A DNA stretch of 24,681 nucleotides from a virus (lineage: Duplodnaviria > Caudoviricetes), in IMG/VR virus record IMGVR_UViG_3300033067_000130, positions 1 to 24,681 of that record; one strand, 5' to 3'. The notes below the pieces were generated by a model. The model had not been told where the DNA came from. It made no database searches and saw only the letters and a list, made by a program, of their open reading frames with translations. A program made the position numbers and the translations under genes. The number at the start of each line of letters is the position of its first letter. Position 1 is the stretch's first letter. This document shows positions 9,220 to 17,902 of the stretch, one piece after another.

Positions 9220-9221
9220 GG

Positions 9222-9638
9222 CTAGGTTCCTTGGGTGATAGCGATGGTGGTCGGTTCTTGCTGGGCATTGCTGACGGCCACCAGCACGTTCACGGTGTCG
9301 TAGTTGATGGTGACGGCGACTTTGTTGATGCTGTAGAGCAGTTCGCCCATGCTGTAGAGCGTGGGGTTGGCCCGCAGGCCCATGTACTGCACCTTCTGGT
9401 AGTTGCTCAGGACGCGGTTGGCCTCGGACTGCACCATGGCTCGGGTGTGTTGGGTGATGACGCCGCCGATGTAGTTCTGGAAGCAGCTGCCCATGACCGG
9501 GTGGAAGCGGTCGATGCCATAGCGCTCCAGCATCCACAGCGTGAGGTCTTGGTGGAGCTTGTCGGTGCCCGACACCACGGCCAGCCGGGAGCCCTGCTGG
9601 ACAAGATCACCGCCCCCTACTTGCAACGAGAAACTCAT
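9222..9638 (-). CDS. Baseplate wedge/sheath initiator, gp25/GPW-like (138 aa)
   Basis: Start MSFSLQV at 9638 with ATGA overlap. GDL...SGTDKLHQDL...ERYGIDRFHPVMGS motif. Lies just upstream of baseplate J. Confidence 0.85.
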   Translation of the reverse strand: MSFSLQVGGGDLVQQGSRLAVVSGTDKLHQDLTLWMLERYGIDRFHPVMGSCFQNYIGGVITQHTRAMVQSEANRVLSNYQKVQYMGLRANPTLYSMGELLYSINKVAVTINYDTVNVLVAVSNAQQEPTTIAITQGT

Positions 9639-10936
9639 TCCACTTCCCCTGTCCGGTAGACCTGGATCATCTGCCACGCATCGGCGGTGAGGTCTTGAGG
9701 CTGGGCCGGGTCCGCATCTAGCTCGGCGGTGACCTCCAACTCAGCCTCGCCACTGGTTCCCTGAACGACTTCCGCTGTCGTGGCGGCGACGGTGTCGAGG
9801 GAGGAATCGGCAGTGAACTCATGGGGGATGGGGTCAGCAGAGGACGTGGCCTCTGCTGTCCGGCTGGCCTGGATCATCTGCCAGGAGTCGGCGGTGAGGT
9901 CGGTCGGCATGCCCGCGCCGGACTCAGCGGTGACGGCTAGCTCGGCATCGGCGCTCATGTCGTGCGCGAGTTCCGCTGTGGTGCTGGCACCGATGAGGTT
10001 GATGACCGACTCGGCATTGATCGACTGCTGCATCTCGGCGGTGGTGCTGGCCGTGATGTCCTGGCCGCTGCCGAACGTCTTGTCTCCCGCTGCGCCGAAG
10101 TGGGCTTCGACCCGGCGCTCGGCGTCGATGCCCTGGCCCCGGCTACCGATGAACAGCGACACCACGTTGATGGTCTGATCGGCGTCGGCAATCGCCTCAT
10201 GGTGAATCTCGGTGCCCCGGCTGGCGACAATGATCTGGTCGGCATTGGCGAACAGGTGCGCCCCAGCCCGCAGGCTGCTGTCGGACTCGGCGGTAACGGC
10301 CAGTTCCGCTTCGACCTGGGCGTCCTGTTGCACCAGGCTGTCGGTGGCTGCCGTGATTTCCAGGTCCGCAGCGGCCATGGCATTCCACCGGCCTGTGGTC
10401 AAGATGTCGGCAGTCAATTCCAGAGTGCAGTCGGCGGTGTAGAACGTCCTGCCGGTGGCGTCGTGCCAGTCGCTGCCGTTCGACCAGATCGGCATGTTGA
10501 GGTCGGTGTCATAGATGTGGGTTCCCGGCGGGTAGAGCGCAGGATCGGGCCTAGTGACCGCTGTAGTGGTCTGTACGGACAGCGGAGCGTTGACGGCTAT
10601 CTGAGAGCCGTTGAGGTGCAACGGTCCTTGCTCAGAGCCTGTGGAGCCGATCTGCACCTGTCCTGGGACCGGGTCGGTGAGCAGATCGGTGGTGTTGTGC
10701 GGGAGCTTGCTGACCAGTACCCAGCCCATCCCTTGCGGGGCCACGATCCACTGCTCGTAGAGCATCGGCATGACGTGCACCGCGCCGACGTGGTAGCGCA
10801 GGTCGATGTCCACTCCGACAGAGCCCTGCCGGTTGGTGCCGGTCGCCTTCATGTTCACGGTGTCGATGGCCGTGATAGCAACAACCTGCTGGCTCCCCTT
10901 GGAGGTAGCCAGATTGGATGCGCTGGGCATAGTCAT
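9635..10936 (-). CDS. Putative baseplate spike-like protein with C-terminal acidic ~20-aa repeats (433 aa)
   Basis: TAATG coupling to the hub gene. Sits between hub and gp25-like gene, where spikes usually lie. Beta-rich N-terminus, then TRP...PGTHIYDTDLNMPIWSNGSDWHDATG, then about 13 degenerate ADAELxVTA-type repeats. Confidence 0.65.
   Translation of the reverse strand: MTMPSASNLATSKGSQQVVAITAIDTVNMKATGTNRQGSVGVDIDLRYHVGAVHVMPMLYEQWIVAPQGMGWVLVSKLPHNTTDLLTDPVPGQVQIGSTGSEQGPLHLNGSQIAVNAPLSVQTTTAVTRPDPALYPPGTHIYDTDLNMPIWSNGSDWHDATGRTFYTADCTLELTADILTTGRWNAMAAADLEITAATDSLVQQDAQVEAELAVTAESDSSLRAGAHLFANADQIIVASRGTEIHHEAIADADQTINVVSLFIGSRGQGIDAERRVEAHFGAAGDKTFGSGQDITASTTAEMQQSINAESVINLIGASTTAELAHDMSADAELAVTAESGAGMPTDLTADSWQMIQASRTAEATSSADPIPHEFTADSSLDTVAATTAEVVQGTSGEAELEVTAELDADPAQPQDLTADAWQMIQVYRTGEVE
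9661..9901. repeat. Intragenic direct repeat, 34 nt (9661-9694 and 9868-9901)
   Basis: cctggatcatctgcca-NNNN-tcggcggtgaggtc occurs twice with 3 mismatches and a 207-nt period. Encodes DLTAD(S/A)WQMIQ. Confidence 0.85.
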
Positions 10937-13869
10937 TAGCCGCCACTGCCCCAATCGGTCAGCGGAGCGACGTTGGGTGCGCCGTTGATGCTGCCGGGGT
11001 TGCCGAACGCCCGGTTGGAGTCACCGATGTTGGTCTGGCCGGGAGTGCTGACCGATGACATGGCCGACAGGATGTTGGGCCGCGACGGCGCGATGATGAC
11101 AGCGGTGGTGGAGAACCCGCCCTCCATGTCGCACTGGTGGGTGACCTCGGTGACGTAGACCGTGACGTTGTGGCTTGCCAGCTGCACCCGCATCCCCGGC
11201 ATCAGTTCCGGCATGAAGGTCATGGAGATGGTGGTCTGGTATTGCTGTGCCCATTTCTCCATAAAAACTTGGCAGGCCAACATCAGTTCCAACTCATAGG
11301 AGCCCGCCATGGCGAATACCTGCTTGAGCGGACGAACTCCGAAGCGCTGCATGATTTCCTGGCCGGTCGCCCCTTCCAGATCGCCGGGGGCCACCATGGC
11401 AAGCCGTGCGAACAACCAGTTGTTCTCCACGGTCGCCACGCCAGCGGTGTCCAGCCAGCCCAGTAGCTCGTTGTTCTGACCCATCTTGGTCAGGTTGCCT
11501 TCGACGTAGACGTGGGTCGTCAGCGGGTCGTCGGAGAAGTTGATGCGGAAGTCCTTGAGTTCGATGTCCTCCAAACGCATTACGGCGGGCTTCTGATCGA
11601 CGCCGAAATAATCGGGGTAGTAGGCGATGAAGTCTCCGTTGGGAGCCGACTGCCACTTGCGCAGGCCCGCCGTGCAGACGGCGGTGATGATCTGCAGCAG
11701 CGGCTGGCTGTCGAGGAACGCCTTCTCTCCCTTGAGGTAGTTGGCCCCCTCCGCGCTGAACTTGCCGGTCCACATGTAGGCGAACAGGTTCTTGGCGATG
11801 GGCTCGCCACCGCCTGCGCTACCGGGAGCGCCTGAGCCGCCTTGGGTTTCCAGAGAGCCCACGGACTGCCCCGGTCCCATCAGCTGCGGGGGAGTGAACG
11901 GAGCAGACGGGTCCACGCCGCCGTTCTCACAGGCCCGCCGGACGTAGGTGGCCGACGCCAGGTAGTTGGGTCCGACCGGACGGCGCTTGATGACATCACC
12001 CGTCTGCGGGGCTTCGATGATGGTGCCGTCGCCGCACCAGATCACCACGTGCTGCTCGCCGTTGGGGAACACCAGATCGCCGCGCTGGGCTGCCGTCGTA
12101 GGCACGACAGGGGTCAGCGAGTTGATCTGCGTGCCGGTGTAGTGCCCGCCAGTGCTGACGCCGATGGAGCGGAACGCCATCATGGTCAGACCGGAGCAGT
12201 CGTAGCCCTCCGGTCCTTCACCGCCCCAGATGTAGGGCAGTCCGCACACGCTCATGGCCCAGTTGATCGCGCCCTCGGAGTCCGGCACCGGCTTGGTCGC
12301 CCGCAGGGGGTTGGCTGCCCCCAGCGGATTGTTCAGCGCCGGGTTGGTGTTGGCGGCAGAGAACTCGCTGCCGGGAGACAGGCTCGGCATTCCCGGCACC
12401 AGGCTGCCGGTGGTGGACGGCGCTGCCCCCAGCAGCCCGCCTGCCGTGGTCCCTAGCGTTGAGCCGTTGAGCGCGCCCTTCGCCATCCGTGCGGCCTTGA
12501 CCTGGATGGTGGCCCAGCCGATCTGCGCGGAGTAGCGGTCGGGGAAGGCAGAGCGCTGCACTGCCTGGATGGCAGAGCCTGGTTCGATGTTGCGCCAGTT
12601 GGGCACCATCCGCGCCAGGTGATCGAAGAACATTCCGGCTGCCTGCTTGGGGTTCATCCGCTGCTGGACGGTGCCCCACTCGGAGAAGTTCTGCTGCTGG
12701 AAGATGCCGCAAGAGCTACCGTCCGATCCCGGCCCGTCGTTGGGCACGCACTCCTGGGAGCCCGGTGCCCGCACGTTGTAGAGGTTGCGGATCACGGCGG
12801 GGCCAGTCTCCACCACCGCACACGCCACGCCCAGGATCGCCGCGTCGGAGAGCCGGTTGGCCTGCTGCTGGCTCAGACCCAGCGAGGACATCTGCTCACC
12901 GGCCTTCTGGGTGGCGTTGTCCCGGCTGCCTGCCAAGGTTTCACCGGCCTGGCTGATGCCCGCGCCCTGGTTGTTGTCCATGACCAGCGGACCCATGCCT
13001 CGGTCGTCGCAGGCTTGGATGATCTGGGTGACGTAGAACGCCGTCGAGCCACCGACCACCCCGGCACCCGGTACGGCACCGATGCCGGACATTGGGCCGG
13101 GGGCACCCGCGTTGGGGTTGTACCCGGCGTCCGCACCAGGAGCCGGACTCTGGTCGGAGCCCAGCAGCATCTGCCGGAAACCCTCCACCGACTTCTTGTT
13201 CTCGCTCTTCTGTTTCTCCAGCTGCTGGGCGAGGAACCGGAAGAAGATTTCGGGGAAGTTCTGGATTTGGATGTTGGCCGTGGGCCACCCGGCGACAAAG
13301 ACCAACAGACGGCGCAGCATGGAGCCCAGACCGCTGTCCAGCCCGCCCTGACGGTCGCCAGCCATCATGGCTTGTGCGCCTTGCTGGTTGAGCAGTTCTT
13401 GGCTCTTTGCCAGGTTGGGGTTCCAGCGGGTGTGCATGAGGCGCTTGATCGTGCACGTGGCCTTGAAGTCCACCGTGCCGGGGTACGCCTGCTTCCAGGG
13501 CACGGTGTCGAGGTAGCCGCTGAACACCTGAATCAGCTGAGTCCGGCCCATGTAGACCACGATGCGGTCCATCCGATGGAACACCGGAGCCCCGTCGCGG
13601 GGTGTGTACTTCCAGTTCTTGTTCGCCAGGGTCATAAAGAAGGTGGCTGCGGAGGATTCGGCGCGATGCAGGCTGCAGCGCACGATGTCTCTAGACACGT
13701 CGATCTGCTTGTTGCCGCGAGCGATGACCACGCGCACCTTGGGGGTGTAGACGAAGGTTTTCATCCCCGGCGAAGGGGTGGTGCTGCGCATCGGCACGTT
13801 CTGCGGGATGATCGGGATGCCGCCGGGGATTCCACTCCCCGGCTGACTTGACGGTGTTGTTGATGGCAT
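10936..13869 (-). CDS. Baseplate hub / tail-associated lysin with lysozyme-like and NlpC/P60 domains (977 aa)
   Basis: Start MPSTTP at 13869 (TAATG). Hub-like termini (IQVFSGYLD; FMPELMPGMRV...YVTEVTH). Lysozyme-like VVETG (Glu 12808-12810)...SCGIFQQ...WGTVQQRMNP...QAVQRSAFPDRY. NlpC/P60 PYIWGG...YDCSGL (Cys 12196-12198)...HVVIW (His 12049-12051)...IIEAP. Confidence 0.9.
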   Translation of the reverse strand: MPSTTPSSQPGSGIPGGIPIIPQNVPMRSTTPSPGMKTFVYTPKVRVVIARGNKQIDVSRDIVRCSLHRAESSAATFFMTLANKNWKYTPRDGAPVFHRMDRIVVYMGRTQLIQVFSGYLDTVPWKQAYPGTVDFKATCTIKRLMHTRWNPNLAKSQELLNQQGAQAMMAGDRQGGLDSGLGSMLRRLLVFVAGWPTANIQIQNFPEIFFRFLAQQLEKQKSENKKSVEGFRQMLLGSDQSPAPGADAGYNPNAGAPGPMSGIGAVPGAGVVGGSTAFYVTQIIQACDDRGMGPLVMDNNQGAGISQAGETLAGSRDNATQKAGEQMSSLGLSQQQANRLSDAAILGVACAVVETGPAVIRNLYNVRAPGSQECVPNDGPGSDGSSCGIFQQQNFSEWGTVQQRMNPKQAAGMFFDHLARMVPNWRNIEPGSAIQAVQRSAFPDRYSAQIGWATIQVKAARMAKGALNGSTLGTTAGGLLGAAPSTTGSLVPGMPSLSPGSEFSAANTNPALNNPLGAANPLRATKPVPDSEGAINWAMSVCGLPYIWGGEGPEGYDCSGLTMMAFRSIGVSTGGHYTGTQINSLTPVVPTTAAQRGDLVFPNGEQHVVIWCGDGTIIEAPQTGDVIKRRPVGPNYLASATYVRRACENGGVDPSAPFTPPQLMGPGQSVGSLETQGGSGAPGSAGGGEPIAKNLFAYMWTGKFSAEGANYLKGEKAFLDSQPLLQIITAVCTAGLRKWQSAPNGDFIAYYPDYFGVDQKPAVMRLEDIELKDFRINFSDDPLTTHVYVEGNLTKMGQNNELLGWLDTAGVATVENNWLFARLAMVAPGDLEGATGQEIMQRFGVRPLKQVFAMAGSYELELMLACQVFMEKWAQQYQTTISMTFMPELMPGMRVQLASHNVTVYVTEVTHQCDMEGGFSTTAVIIAPSRPNILSAMSSVSTPGQTNIGDSNRAFGNPGSINGAPNVAPLTDWGSGG

Positions 13870-14465
13870 TACCGCGATCCCGCCGTGATGCCCCCGTTGG
13901 GGGTTCCCCACCCGCCGCCCTGCGGCTGCACCTCGGGGATGTCGTAGTTGCCCCAGTGGTGATCCCGCGCCATATCGCGCTCGGCCTGTGTCGGCGGCGC
14001 GAGGATGGCCCCCGGCCCCATACCCTCACCGAAGATGGTGTTGGCACTGGGCACCAGAGAGGCGATGTCGGTACGGGAACTGACCATGGAGTCGATCAAG
14101 TCCACGACGAAGCTGCAACGGGGGGCGAACACAAAGCGCTCTCCACCAGCACGGAACGCCTTGATGACGCCGGTCCAGTTGTCGATGTCGCGCTCAGGCC
14201 AGTTCAGCCAGATCACGTTGGAGGGGTTGGGGTTGTAGAGCGCCCGCTGCTGGTGCCCACGGACGAACCGCTGGAAGTTCTCGTACTCTTCCTCGCTGGG
14301 GAAGATCACGTCGAGCTTCAGTTCAGGCTGGACGCTCTTGATGGGGAAGTGCACCTCCATCTCGCGGGTCTGTGCCGAAGTCATCGTCCCGAAGATGGGG
14401 GAACTGAACGAGGTGACGTTCAGCTTGAAGCCCTGTCCACCCATGGACAGATAGAGATGGCTCAC
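13869..14465 (-). CDS. Minor tail protein (198 aa)
   Basis: GTG start overlapping the upstream TGA, TAATG coupling downstream, typical codon bias, located between tape measure and hub. Confidence 0.75.
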   Translation of the reverse strand: MSHLYLSMGGQGFKLNVTSFSSPIFGTMTSAQTREMEVHFPIKSVQPELKLDVIFPSEEEYENFQRFVRGHQQRALYNPNPSNVIWLNWPERDIDNWTGVIKAFRAGGERFVFAPRCSFVVDLIDSMVSSRTDIASLVPSANTIFGEGMGPGAILAPPTQAERDMARDHHWGNYDIPEVQPQGGGWGTPNGGITAGSR

Positions 14466-14638
14466 TGCGGTTCCTCAAAGATCGACGGCAGCTTGAACGG
14501 CAGCACTGGCTCGTCGCCGGGGATGTAGAACATCCCGATGTCGTAGTTGAACTGCAGCCCGTTGAGGTCAACGTCCGACTGCACGTCGGGGAGGTGGATG
14601 GGGGTCGAAATCGGTGCGTTGCTCACCCAATCTGGCAT
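14462..14638 (-). CDS. Small acidic/Pro-rich hypothetical virion protein (58 aa)
   Basis: MPDWVSNAPIS... preceded by AAGGAG SD, fills the gap exactly, GTGA overlap with the next gene. Confidence 0.75.
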   Translation of the reverse strand: MPDWVSNAPISTPIHLPDVQSDVDLNGLQFNYDIGMFYIPGDEPVLPFKLPSIFEEPQ

Positions 14639-14648
14639 GACATTCTCC

Positions 14649-15455
14649 TTAGAGCATCGGGAGTAGAGCGGCGAGGAACGAGAACGGATTGGCCCCAAGG
14701 GGGTTGTTGCCCTGTGGGTTGGAGTCCACGGTGTTGGTCACGTTGCTCTGGGTGTACGGGATGCCGGTGCCGTTGCCCCCCAGGATGCCCTTGACGCTGT
14801 TCAGGATCGTCTTTCCGACAGCGGCAATCGGCCCATCGGCCAGCGAGATGCCATTGGCGTTGAAGTCGTTGTACTGGTTGTGAATCGGCTGGCCCGGTCG
14901 GAAGATGCCGTCCTGCAGGCTCGCCAGTTCGACGTTGAGGCTTGTCTGGCTGATGACGCCGGACACGTCCTCCTGAATCTTGAAGCGGATTTCGATTTCG
15001 CGGGTGGTCGCCGTGATCTGATCCTGAAACGGGATGCTCATGGCGTAGACGTTGAGCTTCCAGTTCCGCGTGGTGTACTCAAAGGTGGCCGTGTTGCCGT
15101 CGCGCTGATCCACCATGATGTCGCGCAGGAACAGCACGGTGTTCATCAGGTAGTCCCAGCCGCCCTCGCCGCACTCCACCTTGACGGTCAGGTCGCCCAG
15201 CCGGGTGCCCAGAATCTGCACCACCCGGCCCCCGTAGGTCTGCTCAACGTGGGTGATGAGTTCGTAGCTCCACCACACGGAGTTGGGGTTGGTGCGGAAC
15301 TGGTAGACCTTGCCGCCGTACTCCAGAGTGCAGATGCCGCGCTCGGTGCTTCCCGGCTTGCTCATTCGATCTTCGCCGCCACCAATCCCCTGGAAGGTGT
15401 TGGCCTGCATCAGGTTTTCAGCCCCGACGTTGATCTTCTGGAATGCGGTCGTCAT
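14649..15455 (-). CDS. Minor tail protein, possible tube initiator (268 aa)
   Basis: TGATG coupling to the tape measure stop. YQFRTNPNSVWWSY...EQTYGGRVVQ resembles tube-initiator/Dit-like proteins. Confidence 0.72.
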   Translation of the reverse strand: MTTAFQKINVGAENLMQANTFQGIGGGEDRMSKPGSTERGICTLEYGGKVYQFRTNPNSVWWSYELITHVEQTYGGRVVQILGTRLGDLTVKVECGEGGWDYLMNTVLFLRDIMVDQRDGNTATFEYTTRNWKLNVYAMSIPFQDQITATTREIEIRFKIQEDVSGVISQTSLNVELASLQDGIFRPGQPIHNQYNDFNANGISLADGPIAAVGKTILNSVKGILGGNGTGIPYTQSNVTNTVDSNPQGNNPLGANPFSFLAALLPML

Positions 15456-17902
15456 CAGTTCACCCCGAACTGGCTAGCAATGGCGTTGCCGATGTTTCTC
15501 AGCTGATTGAGGATTGGGGGATCGTTCATCTGGGCGTCGCCCGATCCCTTCTTGGCGGCGTCCTCGTTGGCGGTCAGCGGCACAGAGCCGGGGGCGCTGA
15601 CGTTTCCGTTGCGGTCGATCTTGATGGTCAGGGTGCCAGTGACCTTGCCTTCGTCCTTCTTGTCGTCCTTGTTGCTGGTGCCCAGACCCGCCGGGTTGGT
15701 GGGATCGTCGGTCGAGAACTTGTCGTTGATGGACGCGGGGGTGTCGTTGAGCGTGAGCCCTTCGCCCTTGTCGCCCTTATGTCGCCACTTGGCTTGGTCG
15801 TTGTCCAGAGCGAGCATCTGTTCAGCGTTGGTCGGGTCAAGCTCTTCCCACTTGCCGTTCTTGCCCTTGACTTCGATCTTGTCGGCACCGCCGTAGGCGT
15901 TGATGATGTTGTCCTCGGCGCGGCTGGTGAAGCTGTCGCCCTGGACGCCCTTGGCGAAGTTGGGGAAGTCGCCGAACGGAGTGTGGACGGTTTCCCAGCC
16001 ACCGGGATGGCGCTGCATCTCGCGCATCTTTTTGCGATCTTCGCCCTTGGCCTGTTTGACGATCTGTTTCGGATCGCTGGAACCGCCGATGCCCCAGATC
16101 AATTGGTTGTAGAGCCGGTTGGAGTTAGTCATGTCGCGCAGCGGGCTATCGCCAGTGATGAGGTCTTGGATATACATGGCGAACAGGCCAGTGGCGTGTA
16201 TCCAACCGGGGTCTTCTGGGTTCTTGCCGCCAGAGGTGTCTGGGCCGTTGTCGCGGGCCATCTCGGCGTAGTGCTTGAGGGTCTGCAGCTGAGCCTCTTG
16301 GCCTCGGCCTGTCGTCTGGTCGTAGCGGGCGTAGTCCTGGGGCATCAGCTTGTCGGGGTACTGCAGTCCAGTGCCACCGGGGCCACCGAACAGCGACTCC
16401 TGCATGCCCATCTGCGCAGAGAATTGCGTGTCACCGAATACCCCGGCCAGCAAGGGGTTGTCGGAGAACAGCATGGTCTGCGTCTGGGCCGCCTTCATTG
16501 CCGCCCGCTCAGGAACGCCCTGAGACTCCAACTGCGCCCAGCGCTCTCGGAATTGGCGCTGCATCTCTCCCTGGCTTACCGTCCCGTCCTTGGCGGTCTG
16601 CTGCAGGACGTAGAGGGCGTCGTTGAGTTCACCCACTGACACCTTGGTGGTGTGGGCGGTCAGCTTCAGCAGCTGCATGCTCTCGCTGACCGACATGTTG
16701 TACTGCTTGACGTTGGTCTTGAGGTAGCCCAGAACCTCGTCGGACTGCCGACCTCCACCGCTGGCATCGGCATAGCCCTCGCTGAGCATGGCCTGGTACA
16801 TCTCGCGGGACTGCTCGGTGGTGATATTGGGGTCCATCGACAGCATGCGCTGACGCATGGAGAGCATGAAACCCTCACCGGCTCCACCGCCTCGGGGCGA
16901 GGCGATGTTGCGCCAGCCCTGCACCATCTGCCCGCCCTTTTCGTACAGGGCGAAGGCAGCCAGGGCGGCAGTGATGGCACCGCCACCGACGCCCAACATC
17001 TTGGCGAGCCCAGCAAGCTCCCCCACGTCGCCTTTGGCGCTGGGGTCGGCGTCGGGGTTACCAGAGCCGTCGTCGCGGGCTCGGCCACTGCTGGCATCGG
17101 TCTTGGCGGCGCGTTCTTCCAGCTTCTTGCGTGCCCAGTCCATGCCGCGCACCGCCATCTGCCCCAGGCCACCTCCCCCGGCACCGACCTCGTTCATCAC
17201 CTGTCCGGCCAGTCCGGTGGCGGTCTGCACCCGATGCTCAAACTGGTCGAACACGTCAGTGGCATCGGGATGACGCTGCGCCGGGGGAGGTTGGCGATGG
17301 GGAGCCTGCCCAGATCGGGTGTGCTTGGCCGTCTGGCCCAGAGCGCGCTCCCGGTCTGCGATCTGACTGGCGAGGCTCTGAATGGACTCGGGGCTGATGG
17401 AGATGGTGTCCGGCACGTTGCCGCGCTGGTGGTGCATGTTGAGGTAGCCCGCTGCGCTCTGGTGGGTTCCCCCGGCCCGGTCGCCCAGCTGGTAGATCAC
17501 GTCGGAGGGGTTGGGCATCCGTGCCCCCGGCGGGACCGGACTGGCACCGGCTCCCATGCCCGGTGTCCCGGCTTCCCACGGAGCCTTGTGCGGGCCAGCC
17601 GGAACGCCGGAACTCTGCCCCTGCGAGGAAATCTGGTTGGTCAGCTTCAAATAGGCTTCCAGCTGCTCAGTCATGTTGGTCTGAGCCTCGGCGGCGAGCG
17701 TGACAGACTCGCTCATCTTCTCGGCGTAACTCGCCATATCGGCCTCGGCGCGAATGGCCGCTTCCATGGCTACCGTGTAGCGCTCAACCTCGTCCGCGAT
17801 TTCTTTGACGCCCTTGGCTGCGGTTTCGGGGATGTCGAGGTTGAGGCGCAGGGCAACGTAGTCGTCGCCTTCGATGAATCCACCACCGCCAGCTGTGGTC
17901 AT
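15455..17902 (-). CDS. Tape measure protein (815 aa)
   Basis: Directly follows the frameshifted chaperone (ATGA overlap). Helical Ala/Gly/Gln-rich sequence with a hydrophobic segment LAGLAKMLGVGGGAITAALAAFALY. Confidence 0.82.
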   Translation of the reverse strand: MTTAGGGGFIEGDDYVALRLNLDIPETAAKGVKEIADEVERYTVAMEAAIRAEADMASYAEKMSESVTLAAEAQTNMTEQLEAYLKLTNQISSQGQSSGVPAGPHKAPWEAGTPGMGAGASPVPPGARMPNPSDVIYQLGDRAGGTHQSAAGYLNMHHQRGNVPDTISISPESIQSLASQIADRERALGQTAKHTRSGQAPHRQPPPAQRHPDATDVFDQFEHRVQTATGLAGQVMNEVGAGGGGLGQMAVRGMDWARKKLEERAAKTDASSGRARDDGSGNPDADPSAKGDVGELAGLAKMLGVGGGAITAALAAFALYEKGGQMVQGWRNIASPRGGGAGEGFMLSMRQRMLSMDPNITTEQSREMYQAMLSEGYADASGGGRQSDEVLGYLKTNVKQYNMSVSESMQLLKLTAHTTKVSVGELNDALYVLQQTAKDGTVSQGEMQRQFRERWAQLESQGVPERAAMKAAQTQTMLFSDNPLLAGVFGDTQFSAQMGMQESLFGGPGGTGLQYPDKLMPQDYARYDQTTGRGQEAQLQTLKHYAEMARDNGPDTSGGKNPEDPGWIHATGLFAMYIQDLITGDSPLRDMTNSNRLYNQLIWGIGGSSDPKQIVKQAKGEDRKKMREMQRHPGGWETVHTPFGDFPNFAKGVQGDSFTSRAEDNIINAYGGADKIEVKGKNGKWEELDPTNAEQMLALDNDQAKWRHKGDKGEGLTLNDTPASINDKFSTDDPTNPAGLGTSNKDDKKDEGKVTGTLTIKIDRNGNVSAPGSVPLTANEDAAKKGSGDAQMNDPPILNQLRNIGNAIASQFGVN

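Noticed and set aside
9661-9901. Diversity-generating retroelement TR/VR pair or CRISPR-like repeat
   Set aside because: Only two short in-frame copies, mismatches are not adenine-specific, and there is no reverse transcriptase or cas gene in the window.
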